64,000 nt of DNA from Stylophora pistillata (GCF_002571385.2 NW_019217807.1:1110840-1174839); one strand, 5' to 3'. Positions 50,125-63,130 are shown, counted from the stretch's first letter. A program made the numbers and translations. Notes: generated by a model from the letters alone, not told the origin.

Positions 50125-53100
50125 ATGCCTGTACCAGCATGGCTGAAGCTAGCTCGTCCCACAATAGAGCCAGTGATCTTTCTTTATGCTTATGGTCTTT
50201 TTATGCACTTGCCAGTTATTCAGCAATATGTGTACAAACGTGTTAGTGTTGCTAAGAACTTCCCCTACACATCGTCAACAAAGGAAAACTGCCAAAACCA
50301 AACGCTTAATGCAACTCTCAAAGAACTTGAAAAAGAGGTAACCTCATATAAAATAACTAGAAGTAGATATTTCATCATAAAAGTATTAAATTTGATAGAC
50401 TATAATGCTTAAGTCATATGTGCTTATAATGAATTTGTTATACTATTGGTCAGATTGTGTTGAATGTTTTTTTATTTGCAAGAAGTTCAATATAATTGCA
50501 ATTTTAAGATAATACTTAAACTCTTAATTTCCCAAGATCTGCTTGTTAGTTCTTCCCCCTAACTGCTACAAATGTCCTTGTGTTATACAAAAATACAAAA
50601 TTGATTACAAGAATTTTGTGTTAGATTAGGTTAACTTTTACCTGACGAGTTTGAGTATTCTCATTACCTATTTGCTGGATGATGTAGAAATATTTTAAGG
50701 AGAAGTTACTTATAAATCACTTCTGGGAGTTTAAAGCATTCAAAACTTTTTCCTTTTAGGTGCAAGCATTATCTTCATACATCCATTTGGGAGTGGTCAT
50801 GTTTGCATCAATCCCCTCAATTTTTACTGCTCTCTTTATTGGAGCCTGGACAGACACAGCAGGGCGTCTGCCTGCACTCGCCCTTCCTGCTATTGGAAGC
50901 ACCCTTGAAGCTTTAGTTGTACTCCTTACAATGTACTTTGAATGGCCAATCTATGTGTTGTTTGTGGGAAGTGCCATCAGTGGCACATGTGGTTTTTTTA
51001 CCACAATGGTGCTTGCAGTCATGTCCTACATAGCTGATACTACTGATGAATCAGAAAGGAGCTACCGGTTAGGTAAGGGTCTTGATAGAGATTGAAATGA
51101 TGCTACTCTTCAGGAGCAGATAATTTGTTTTTAGTTACCCCCCACCGGGGCCTGAAGCCTCCTGAAAGTCCTGAGTGAAAAAGGGAGACATACTTGGGTC
51201 GATTTTCATTGGATATGTTCCACTGGCCTCTCAGAACCCCTTTCCCATTATAGTACATTCTGTGGCCAATAATTCACTGGCCCTATCTTAGTCATGCACT
51301 TTTGGGCGAATGTAATTTTCCTGATCCCATTAAAGTCACCTGCTTATGCATTTATCTTATAATGCCTTTTATGTAGATCATCTTGAAATTGCATGTGTGC
51401 AAATATTCAAATGCTGGTCTGAAGGAAGTTAAACAAAGGGTTCCCGTTTTGAAATCCTTACTTACCATAATTTTCTTTCTCCCAAAGACCCAAAAATGTG
51501 TGACTTCATTCTAGTAACTCTATGAACAATGTAACAGCAACTTAGTCAATCCAGTCGGTGAAAATGCACATCCCTATAAGCCTATTTTTAGGAAGCACCC
51601 CCAGGGGGGTTAACTCTCTCTTTTTTTTCTTTCTCTTCCACAGCCATCATGGAGTTGCTTGTATTCATTGGTGGAATGATCAGTCAACTCACCAGTGGTT
51701 TGTGGATAGAAAAATTCGGTTTTGTGGCGCCTTATTGGTTCATATTTGGCTGTCTCCTTGCATCAGTCGTTTATGTGATTCTCTTCGTTCCAGAATCGAG
51801 GCCTTCTACTTCCAACGGAGGCACAATCCGGAAACTCTTCAGTTTGAAAAGCGTGAAACGAGTGTGGTATGTGTACAAGTTTCCAAGAAACGGGGCGAGA
51901 AGAAACCTGATAATTTTCACATTGTCTACCGGTGTGGTAGTTCTTACCATTCTTGGTGTAAGCGGAGTGATTGTGCTGTTTTTGCTCCACAGTCCGCTTT
52001 GTTTTTCGGCAGAAAAAGTCGGATATTACTCAGCCTTCCGTTACCTTACAAGCGGCATTGGTGCAGTCCTTGGTATAAAGCTGTTAGGAAAGTGTTTTAA
52101 TGAGGTCAACATTGCCAGAATTGGGATCATCTCCCTAGCATCAGCGTTGTTAGTGTTTGGGTTTGCAAGGAAGGAGTGGCTGGTGTTTTTGTGTGAGTGC
52201 TTGTGTTCGTATAAAACATATTCAAAGAATTATTTAAAAATTAATATTCCTTGCAAAAGCATCACATATCAGGTGACACTTCTATGGAATTTAGTTAAAT
52301 GGCCTAGCCTAACATGAGTCTTCTATAGCTCGGTGGGAGAGCGTTCGAAGTAGTAATCGGAATGTCGTTGGCTCGACTTCTATTAGGAGTCCTCGGAGTG
52401 TTTTTTCACCGAGTATGCCTGTGCCATTCACTAAACAACATTACCTTTCACAAAATGAACTGTCATCACATTCGCAACCAGGGACATAGCCTACCGGAAG
52501 CCGCACCATCCCCCCGTGGAGAAACAGAAGGGAGTGAACCCATCCGTTTAAATAAGAAGACACTTTTCTCTTGATGTCCCGCTTCTTCATTTTATTCGCC
52601 TTGTGGGCCAAACAATAGACGTTATAAAGTGTCTCAAATTTTTCCTAACCGGCGTGCGGAAACTGGCGGGGCCAGGGAGAGAAATAATTGAGGGCGTTTT
52701 CCCGACAACAAAATTCACCTTCTGTTATTCACCCGCTTTTTCACCCCCCCTCCAATGACTGAATGCTAGAAACAGGTTACCTATATTGAGATCTTTATGA
52801 TTCTGCTTTGAATTCTGACCTGTAAGCCATTTTTGTGGATTATTAATAGCAAATTTGTTTTATTTTGTATCATCAGCTCCGATTGCTGGCATATTTTCTG
52901 GAGCTGTTTCCCCCATTTTTCGTGGAATGATGTCAAGAAGTGTAGGGGAGAATGAACAAGGTTAGAAATCGAATGCCCATCTTAGACCATTCCCATTTTT
53001 CACATCATTGGAGTACTATTCGATTGAGTGTTGTAAAACCAAAACCAAAGCTATCAAAACGGCCAATTAGAGGAAAAGAAAAAATACCCCTGAAAACCAA

Positions 53101-54629
53101 TGAAAACTTTGGAACTTTCAAATTTAGTTTACGCTCGAAGTCCCAGGAATTGAGTACTCTTCTCTTGCCAGAGATTTCGTGTTTTTAAAAATAATAATAT
53201 TTCAAACAGCAGAACCAACCAAACTACTTAAAGCGTGGCAAAGCGATACTGATTGGTCGTGAGTTATTTTCGGCTTTGCATCTGATTGGTTGAAAGAGTG
53301 GCGCGCGATTTAATCGACCAATTACAGAGCGGAGTAAAAAAACTCCGCTGCAATCTCTGATTGCTCTTGACAGCCATTGAAAAGTACTCTTTAATGATAC
53401 AAAGTTATTGGTTTATATTGTAACACGTCGGCTTGTAAGTGAAATTATCGATGCTAAACTAGAGGCTGCCAAAAGAAGTTAAACAACCAAAACATTTTTT
53501 CTTTTTCAGGAGCTTTATTTTCAGCTATAGCGTCATTGGAAACCTTGTGTAATTTTATTGGAGCTTTTATCTTCAACTCCATGTACCCGGCTTCGTTAAA
53601 ATATGACTTCCCAGGATTTGTGTTCTTTCTGGGAGCTTTACTGTTGATTATGCCTTTATCACTCACATGGTAAGTATAAACACACATATACGAATGCTCT
53701 CTACAAATCCGTTTCAAACGTCAACGAGAGCATCGCCATTGCTTTTGGCTGTTAGAGCTAAGTTGTATGGAGTTTTCATAGTTCGGTTATTATTTGGGTT
53801 TTGTCTGACGCCTTCCTCTTGTTATGTAGTTCTCCGCATGTTATCCTAAAGGGTAATCACCAGAAAAAAGGGCACAAAATTAAGTAATCAGAACGGCTAA
53901 TAAGAACATAAAGAGCTCTTACCAAGGGCCAATGAAAACTCAAAGTAAAAACAAGCAAACTGCATAAAGCGCGGGAAAACGTATGCGACCAAGTTGCAAC
54001 TGATTGGTTGAGAGGGTGGCACTAGTTTTCTGGACCAATCAGGGAACTAAGCAAGTCAAAACTTATGCAGTGACAGATAATTTTCGACACCCAATAAGGC
54101 ATTTCCGAATTACCTTTGGCCTCTTTTACAAAACGAGGCCTGGTGCGCAATCATTCTTGTGAAAATGAGTTTAATTTGCATGTGAATGAAAACTTATTAT
54201 AATCTCAAAGGATGAGCACCAGGACTCACTTTGGAAAAGAGGATAAAGGTAATTCGGGAATGGGCTATTTTAAAACTACTCCGTAACAAGTAGCCAGCCA
54301 ATGAGAACCAATGGCGGTTTGCTTCTGAAGCTTACGGCTGAAGGGAGTACGTGTAGTTTTTCCAGCTGCCAACCGGTTAAATCGGCATACTGTAGTCTAT
54401 CACAGCTTTATCTGTTATAGGCACACACAATCATTCTTCTGTTTACTTCTGCAGCTGTTTAAAGAATCCTGCAAGCTTCTTGTCAAAGAGAGATTTAATT
54501 AAATCGAGCGCGCAGGATGACATGGCAGACAGTTTGATCATTGCAGGTGCTAGAAGTATATCAAGTGAGTCTGAAGGGTCACCGCTGCCCATCCCTACAG
54601 TGGGCGGAGGATATGAAGCGGTAGCGTAA
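50125..54629 (+). CDS. SLC46A1: SLC46-family MFS transporter (proton-coupled folate transporter / SLC46A3-like), 497 aa
   Basis: Exons 50125-50337, 50760-51072, 51644-52192, 52877-52960, 53510-53669 and 54455-54629 sum to 1494 nt in frame. Motifs IEPVIFLY, QQYVY, GAWTDTAGR, MSYIADTT, ILFVPES, RGMMSRSVGENEQGALF and IFNSMYPASL. Orthology within SLC46 is not resolved. Confidence 0.88.
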
Positions 54630-56271
54630 AAAAAAAAAGGTGTTCGTGATGGAATTTAGAGTTCTGATTAAAAAAAAAAAAACGTTAAAGATATATCTAT
54701 TCATTTTGGATTAAAACTGCTTATAACTGAGGTGGATATTTGACGAGGAGTATAATTAAGAAATAGAAAAAAATAGTACGCTTGTCAGAACGTTAGGAAA
54801 TGGATATAGAACAGATTGGAGAATATGTTTACTGTGGCTGGGCGTAAAGGGTTAGAACACACTTTGTAGATATCTGGCAGCATGGCTGTGCATAGGCTCG
54901 ATTTCCGCCACACTCTCAACTCCGGTGTTTCAGGGAGGAGCGCGGGCTCCAGTTCCCGAACAGCGGCTGGCAATCGAGCCTTGGCTATGCACTCAGTGTC
55001 ACCAAAGGGGTAACTTACTTGAAGAAAATGTCCGAGATTTATTTTTATAATAATGTAAACCTGCATCTTGGAAACGTCTTCAACGGCCATTCTGCGCGAA
55101 ACTCACGCGCCTTGTCAAAGCGACTCAAACCTTTTCAGTAACCAGGATTAGTATTCAAGCAACCTCGTTCCCAGGGCCGTTTCCCCTCGCCCCAAAGTAG
55201 GGGAAAGGACCCTTGGAAAGAGGTTGGTATTCCAGCTTTAACACATTCTCCTTACCCGTACTGTGTACTGGTGCGCAATGTTATTACTGAGTTAGTTTTA
55301 CAAACATTATAAAACAGCTTTGTATATTAAAGTTTAGGGAAAGGTCATTGTTTATTGCCCGAGGAGGTCCAAGGATTTTGGTTGTCACCTGAAATCTATC
55401 TGATCCCCTCCCGCCTCGTGCGCCTGCTTAAGAAGGCTCTCTGACATTCTTATGATGTCTCCTTCCCTGGCAGTCAATTTTCAAAAGTTCCCCCCCCCCG
55501 TAATATTTTGTTTAGCGACGAATGATATCCTCAGCTGAAAACTATGTGATCCCCCAAATATCCTCCGACCCTCCCCCTGACGATTAATGACTTGTCCCTA
55601 TCACTTTGATAGTCACAATTGCACGTATTTGAATTCGCCCAAGTCTTAGCATCCTTTATTAAGGTAGTGTCATGAGAGTGTAAATACACTTCATATGTAA
55701 TTTCCTTACATTGTAGTGATTATTTATGAAGGAAAAAAATTTACTGAAACAAGATGTAATTCTTTGTCCAACAGAGATTAAATTAAGTTTTAAAACTGTT
55801 TACTCGCATTGTTAATCTAAATTTTGATTTAGGTTTCTTGATATGTAACGAAATTCGCCCCTCTTATCATTGATTTTAAAATTTATTTTGATAACAGTCG
55901 TTAATCTACAACATGCAAACTAGACCCAAACTTCTCTCGTTTTATACTCCTCTGCTACAATTGCGCTGTTTACTAGCGAGCTGTACTCCTGAACAGGCTA
56001 GCAAAGTAAGAGCCAACGAGAGCTTAGAGTAAATATAACTAAAACTACCTGAAAAGCGTTGGTTGAGAGAGTAGGGCGAGTTTTCTGGACCAATCACAGA
56101 GCGAAAAAGAAAACACCGAAACATCTCGGACAATTTTAGACATTCAATTGAAAACTGCTCTATCAAGCAAACAATTGTGCTATTTGGTTGGCAGAAATGC
56201 AAGTATACATAGTTTCTTCAGTTTATAGATGCCAAGCGGTGTTGATGGCAGAAAGTGCATGCGTGAAATTG

Positions 56272-58069
56272 TTAGGGCACTTCTGGAGAAATCACTCCTT
56301 GAATCCACGGCAAAAAGTCCTTGATATCAGTATAAACACCAGGCCTTCTGGCTTGTGCACAACCGACTCCCCAGCTTGTGGCTCCAACGAGGACGTACCT
56401 GCCCCTCTCCAGACACACAAAAGGCCCTCCGCTGTCCCCTTTACAGCTGTCTATCTTCCCCTGCTCGTACCCGGCGCAGATCATACGGTCTGTGACAATA
56501 TCCCCGGTACTCTCCAGGTACTGCTGCTTACAGCGCGCATGCTCGATAATAGGAACCCGGGCTACTCGGAGTTTATTCGACGTCCAACCGGATTGATGGG
56601 TTCTGCCCCACCCGGTCACTGAGCAGTTTGTGCCCGGGGGGAAGTTGCTGGAAGCGGTTGGTAAACAGATGGGACTCATGGTCTCGTTATATCCCGGCAG
56701 GGGGGTGGATAAGCGGAGAAGAGCAATGTCATAGTCGAAGATGCTATGATCGTAACTGGGATGCATACAAATTTGGGCTATATCTGGAGAGAAAGAGAAA
56801 AACAAAACTTTAGTTCAGTACACAGATAAAATTTGGAAAGCATTTTCGGGTGAGTGTAGAGCATGAGTTTTGGAAGAAGCAGTGGCCCAAACGATTAGCG
56901 CGCGAGACGCTGTGTGTAAAGGCTCTGCCTCATCGGGTAAGGTCTTAGTGTTGTGTTCTTAAGAATTCAAAGAAACTTGACGCTTGAAGGCTCTCTCTCT
57001 ATCCATAGGTATAAATAGGTTACAGTGAACTCGAGAAAGAACCTGAGCAAGTGTGCCAACAACTCAAAAGAGTTCTCCAACATAGTGAGAGAATTTGCCC
57101 ACAACTTGAGGAATTCACAGACCTCTCAGGCGAGTTTGGCGACAACTTGACCTTGTTCTTCGGCACTTTGGGCGACATCACCAACAACTGAAAGGGGCTC
57201 ACTTCCAGCTTGAGTGAGTTCACCGACAACTTGGGGGAATTCGTAGACTAGATGGGTTTACCCACGGCATAGGTGAGTTTACCGTCAGCCTAGGCGAGTT
57301 TGCCGACTGCTTAGGTGAGTTTCTCGACAGCTCAGACCATTTGATTGACAGCATAGATGAGTTTGTCAACAACTTAGAACCGTTTGCCAAACACTTGACT
57401 GACTTCGCCGTCAAATGACTTTTCAAATTTACATTCTAGTTAAAAAGCATTTTTCTCGTTTTTGTCTGATCATATGATCCATAAAAGAGGGTCAACTGGT
57501 GCACATGACAAAGAAAAGCGAGGGAGGGGCATGGGTATGGATGGGTGAGAACAATTTACGAAGATCTCTTTTACTAGCCTGTGTACAGCCGCCCCATCCC
57601 CTCCAAAAATCGGGAAGGGGGCCCCATTCCGGCCTTCCCGATTTTTTTGAGGGGATTGGGCGGCTGTACACAGGCTACTCTTTTACCTATCCCAACCTCC
57701 TTTCCCTCGCACGTTCCTTTCACTTTAGTTGCTCTTTCTGTAACATCCTGTTTTTAAGATACATTTTATGATGAATGTAAACATTGAACTTACTTTTTTG
57801 AACCTCATGCCCTTCAATGTTATCGACATCAAATTCTCCAATGATGATTCTCAAACCCGGATTCGGTGCTACACAGCCTTTCCTGCTCGGATTTTTACGG
57901 TAAATACAATGTGCAGCGGTCAGTACCCACTCCCGATTAAGAAGCGATCCGCCACAAAAAATAAAGTCATCGGTAAGAGTCTGGAGCCCAACTTGCCACG
58001 GCCAGTCCCGATTGGAAGCCACCTGACCTCCAACAATACGGCCCAGACTGTTCGAGTTGCCACACGTTT
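56272..58069 (-). CDS. Trypsin-like S1A serine protease catalytic domain A (two exons; 5' exons not identified)
   Basis: Exon 58069-57794 (phase-1 acceptor) encodes [10 protein letters not shown]|IVGG, WPWQV, CGGSL and TAAHC. Exon 56783-56272 encodes [24 protein letters not shown] and PGVYT. Intact triad and Asp189. Confidence 0.88.
57021..57416. repeat. Degenerate 21-bp tandem array (consensus approx. TTGGGTGAGTTTGCCGACAAC), about 19 units
   Basis: Units include TCAGGCGAGTTTGGCGACAAC, TTGAGTGAGTTCACCGACAAC, CTAGGCGAGTTTGCCGACTGC, TTAGGTGAGTTTCTCGACAGC and ATAGATGAGTTTGTCAACAAC. Confidence 0.75.
57574..57678. mobile_element. Short palindromic MITE
   Basis: TAGCCTGTGTACAGCCGCCC..AAAAATCGGGAAGG / CCTTCCCGATTTTT..GGGCGGCTGTACACAGGCTA forms a near-perfect hairpin. 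Confidence 0.7.
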
Positions 58070-60140
58070 CTGCGAAAAGACAACAGCAGCATGTAGATGC
58101 ATGAGGAAACTGAGGACTTTTTTACTAATCATCGATAACTCGGAGCTAACCCCAAAAAACTGACCAGCATCCAATTTCTCCATATGATAGAACCCTTGAA
58201 TCAAATATCACGGTCAGGAGAATAAAGGAAACGATCACCAACTAAAGAAGCTCCTGACTGATAAACAAATTGCTCCTGTCAGGACCCTGGAGAAATTTAG
58301 AAAGAGCAGTATGGGAAACATGCATACTGATGTTAGAGTAAATGGTTAAACATTTGAAGTTTCGTTACGTACTGTTTGCCAAACAGTGGGCTGTGGTGCG
58401 AAAGTCACGTGAAAGCGTTGCAAAATAAGGCGAGAAAAAGAGATGGGAGACAGGACCTTAATTCCCAATATTTCTCATTTTATCTCGCTCTGACGTCACT
58501 TTTGCGTCACAGTCCCCAGAATACCGATCCCACGAGTGATAATCTTTACCATTTCTCTACTTAAATTATAATGAACCGAGATGTGAGTTTACATATTCTT
58601 TATTCTTGACAACCAGTGGTTTAGAATTGTAGTGCGCTTGCTCTTATTTGTTTTTAATATTTTTCATACGAGCACCGTCGGATAAGAATGTACCGATCTA
58701 GGCTTCGTGGAGGGTTTCGGAGAGGGGGAGGGGTCATATCATGGTTTTCAGGAAGAACAGAGAGGCGATCAGCCTTCGCTAACAGAGTCTAAAGGGGAGA
58801 CTATGGAGTCTAAGGGGGATCAGGTAAATTTATCGTAACTTAACCAAAATCTCCGACCCCCTCCCCCACCTCTTTAGTACGCACGACGTTTAAGGAGAGG
58901 GGCTCCTTCCAAACCCCTCCGCCACCCCCACCCTCCCGCTCGTACAGTCGGAGTTCCGCGACGTCAAAACAATTATGACTCCTAACATAAGTGTGGTTGT
59001 GGTGTCATAAGAAGACTCTTAAAAGGTATGGCGTACACCAACATTTTTACGGACGAACTAATATTCCGTCCCTTACAGCTTACAGAGGTTATGACAAGAT
59101 AGTACATTTTTTAGCATCTAGTCTCTTAACTTATAATTCTACAGAGGTTCCCTTGTTAGCGAATCCTCTACAAATATTGACTTTTCACCCAATCCTGTAA
59201 AACTACAAACATTTGGAGGATCTATAGAACGGGAGAGAATCTCTACAAAACAACGCTGTACTCTATGATTGGCAAGACTGGTTATATCGAGCTTTACCCA
59301 CGCGAATACAGTGGTCAAACGTCTACACATGCGCGAACGCTGTAATGACTAGGTGGCGTGCTTTCCGGATTTCAGAACCAAGTTGTCTCACACGAGTTAC
59401 GAACATCCGCACAAACCAGTGAGTCATGGTTTCTGAAACGCGCATAACGTTTTGGTAAATCAACAGTATACCCGTACTTCAATAAGCTTAGTGTTCGAAA
59501 AGTCTCGTGTTTTCTTTTTTCCAACTTTTGTTTCCTTTTACTTATTTCTATGAGCGCTTCAATTATCTATCGCTTATTTTGCGAGACAGAGGTTGTTTCT
59601 TACGCGTTCTTTTTAAGTTTTGGGCGGGAAATTGGCACGCGGCTGGCCATAGTTGATCCTTTGCGCATGCCCAACGTTTGACATCTGCATTATCTAACGT
59701 CAGTAGGTCAGCGGCCTGCCTTAAGATTCTTGGATTCAGATTCTTTTCTCGATTAAGCGCTGAAGGCGACAAGCTGAAAGACTTAAATGACGAAAGCTGT
59801 GATGATTATGACGACGTTGATAATGTTTGTATTTTACCTAAAGCCTGTTTTTTTTTTTAAGACTAAACGACTTAATGGCAGCACTTATCCCTAGAACCTA
59901 CGCAAAACGTTATTGTTTTAAGGCGAAATTGTAACGTCAGTATCTGAAAAACTGGGCACCCACCCCTCCCCTAACCCACCATTGACCCTAACTTTTTATT
60001 AGCTGCCCACTGCTGTTAGGGGAGAGGTGGGTGTGTAGCTGCTCAGCTGCCAAACTTTTTCTAAACTTCACGGTTACTTGATACATAATAATGTGAATAG
60101 CTAACGCCTATTTCAACAGGAAAGCTCTTCCACGTTCCCC

Positions 60141-62710
60141 CTAGCCGCTCCTCATGGCCAAATCGATCCAAGACTGAAAGAAAGGAATGTTGGCGTAAAC
60201 TCCGGGCTGATTCCTTTGGGCGCATCCAAAACCCCAGCTTACAGCCCCAGCCAGGACAAAAGCGCCGTTTTCCCAACAAGCCAAGGGACCACCACTGTCA
60301 CCTTGGCAACTATCGATTCGACCCTGTTTGTAGCCAGCACAGAGCATGCGTCTTGTAAGGCTCTTTCCTTGGTACATCTTTTTGCACTCGTTGTGCTCAA
60401 TGATCGGGACTTGGGCCACACGTAGTTTATCAGATGTCGGCCCTGCCTCCCGTATTTGGCCCCATCCGGTCACATAACATTGAGAACTGTTGGAGGAGGC
60501 CCACGATGAGCTTGGCATACATATGGGACTCACAGCGTCGGAATAGTTCACTGGTTTGCCAAGGTGAAGGAGAGCTATGTCGTAATCCATTGTTATCTCG
60601 TTGTATTTTTGATGGATACAAAGTTTCGATAGACCTAAAGTAAATAGAAATTAAGATGAAGGCTCAGTGACAGTTTTAAAAACCAGTAATTGATAGATCA
60701 GAGAAAAATCCAAGTTTTTATTATCATTATATCGCTCCGGGGATGATTCAACCGTTTTATTCCAAAATGTGACTAAAGAGAATTTTTCTCCAAGACATCA
60801 ATACATCTTTAAGTAGATAGGTGACGAGAAAATAAAAATCGTTTGATTCAACACCAAAGTTAAAGGAAAAGTATGGCAGATATTACAGAGAATTTGATAC
60901 TCTAATATTGGGAGTGAAAAGGTAAAACCCTCAATTTTCAGAAGTGATCAACATGTATCTTCTCCCGACGATATCCATAGATTACCCAGGAAACGGGTAG
61001 AAACAGTGCTCAAACTTGTCAGGTAAAAGTGACAACAAATTATCGTACCTGAATTTACAAGGAGATGTGTAGCGTATAGAGGGGACAATTAACAATCAGA
61101 TCTTGGGAGTTGAATTGTAAAGACACAAAAGTGTTCTCTATACATTTTTTATGGTGCTGACAAGGATAACTTGTTTAACAATCAAGAGCTGTTTTAGTTG
61201 GTTACCATTTCATTTATTCTCATGTCCTTATTGATTGATTTACGGTGTGATGCTATAAAGCTACATTAGAGAATGAAAGAGCTCTAAACTCGGCCACGCC
61301 CGACCTTGCCTTTTCCCTCTTGAACCTGATAATTTAGCTTACAACTGCTAGACACAATTATAAATAAACACAGTATTACCTCTTGAGATCTCGTGTCCTT
61401 CGACCTTCTTTACATCAGACTCTCCAAGAACAACTTGAAGTCGCCGATTGGGGACTGGGTCGACGCACATCTCATTTTTACGCCCTCTAAGAGCGAGATC
61501 TTTAACACAGTGAGCAGCGGTGAGCACCCATTCTTGGTTTAGCAGCGAGCCCCCACAGAAAATTCCCCCGCCATGGGATAACTTGAGCCCAACCTGCCAC
61601 GGCCAGTCTCGAACGTGAGTCACTCTACCACCCACAATACGGCTCGACGTCAAGGTTGAAGGCGATTGGGCTTTCTCTTGTATGAAAGAGAAAAGGAAAA
61701 GGAAAACGTGTTAACTGAAGACTTGCGATGACAAAGCATAGAAACAAACAAGCGTACAATCCTCTTGTACATAGAAAATGAGTGAGGTCTAAAGAAGGAA
61801 AATGAAACAAAAAACACTTACTTGGACACTGTTCCTTGTCATAACCATACCCCTTGCACGGCCGTCCCCCATGTTCGGGTGGTGGCTTGATGCAGTATCT
61901 TAGTCGCGTTCGTGTCTCTATTCCGCCGCAGCCTTTAACGCAGCTGCTCCATCGTCCCCAGTTTCCCCAATTCCCGTGAACAACTGCAATCAATGAAGAT
62001 TAAAACAATAGATGTTCAGTTCGAAGTTTTCAAGAAGCACAAACAACGAACGAGCCGTGCTATAAAACTAGTGCCTCTTGCAGACGTCCAAAATGGGAAT
62101 CACGCATCACTCCCCTGATGGAGATCACGTATCATGGAAATTTCTTGGGAGTTTTAAAAGGAGCGGTGAGTATAGGAAATGATCGCAAACTTGAGAAGCT
62201 CTTGATTGTGATAAAAATTATCTCCTTGCAAGTACCGTTGAGAACAATGTGGAGAACTATAACTGATGCTAAAGTGTAAAGTTGGCGAGGTACACAGATT
62301 GGAGCCTAACGGCAGATGACTCGAAGATTGATAAGTCGAGAGAAATCGAATAGGAAACATACAGGGCCCAGTTGTTCAGAGTGCGGATAATGCTATCCAC
62401 AGGATGGATCGCTATCCGGCGAATGAGTGTTGACAAAACATACTGCGTTGTCTAGCGGATAGAGATCAATCCAGCGGATACTGGGCGTTATCCACCCTTT
62501 GAAGAACTGGAGCCAGACGGCTACTTCATTCGCTTCCAGATCCTTGTGCGATGATTCTATTTTGCAGGATGTTTCTGCAGGAGTTTAATAATATGTTTTT
62601 AGCTCAGGAAACTAGCTCTTACCATAATCACCAGAGATTTGATCATCGCTTCCGTCATCTTGACCATCATCGTCAAAACTGCGACCGTCGTCAATTGTGG
62701 TCCAAATTGT
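60141..62710 (-). CDS. Trypsin-like S1A serine protease B with an Asp-rich segment and a TSP1 repeat (5' end not resolved)
   Basis: Exons 62710-62623 (Asp-rich), 61983-61822 (TSP1: [22 protein letters not shown]), 61676-61380 (SSR|IVGG..TAAHC) and 60634-60141 ([18 protein letters not shown]). Phases are compatible. The signal-peptide exon(s) were not found and an assembly gap lies upstream. Confidence 0.86.
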
Positions 62711-62777
62711 CTGAAAATGGGAAATGCAAATACTTCATTGTTTCCCTTGTGAAATGGCCAAAGAAGGACTCTCACTT

Positions 62778-62995
62778 TTAACTCTTCAACTCCCATGAGT
62801 AACCAAGACAGAATTTCTCCTTACAATATCAATGCCGGCAATATCGAGCAGACAAGTAAGGAGAATAAAGAAAAAAAAAAAAATCAGGGGATTATCAGTT
62901 GACACAATACCAAATTCTCCAAGGTAACATCATAAGAATTGTATGGCAGACAGAGAAGAGAACTACCTAATGAGATCTTGGGAGTGAAGAGGCTA
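62778..62995. repeat. High-copy ~200-bp MITE-like family; other copies at about 21980-22170, 25675-25780, 50520-50735, 58190-58350, 60755-61100 and 63150-63355
   Basis: Recurring TTAAC(C/T)CTT..ACTCCC..GAGT(G/A)ACCAAGACAGAATTTCTCCTTACAATATC..GTATGGCAGACAG..GATCTTGGGAGTGAA. Confidence 0.65.
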
Positions 62996-63130
62996 ATCAA
63001 TACATTTAAAAACCGAAAACTGATAAAAAGGAAAAATACACCTCTTAGGGGATTTTTTCCAAAATTTCACACCAAATTTCTAGCGCTAAATTTTAAGAAA
63101 AGTACGGCAGACGGTGAGCATATCTGAATA

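Noticed and set aside
57021-57416. CRISPR array
   Set aside because: Contiguous degenerate 21-bp units without unique spacers, in a eukaryotic intron with no cas genes.
59340-59775. 5' exons for protease A (ShK-like CADVRNSCETTWF at about 59372-59432; open exon-like segment 59773-59604)
   Set aside because: The first is followed immediately by TGA and lacks the full Cys pattern. The second has no in-frame ATG or signal peptide and no matching upstream donor.
56272-61676. One polyserase/ovochymase-like polypeptide containing both protease domains
   Set aside because: Domain B ends in an in-frame TAG at 60143-60141, and I saw no convincing splice donor before it.
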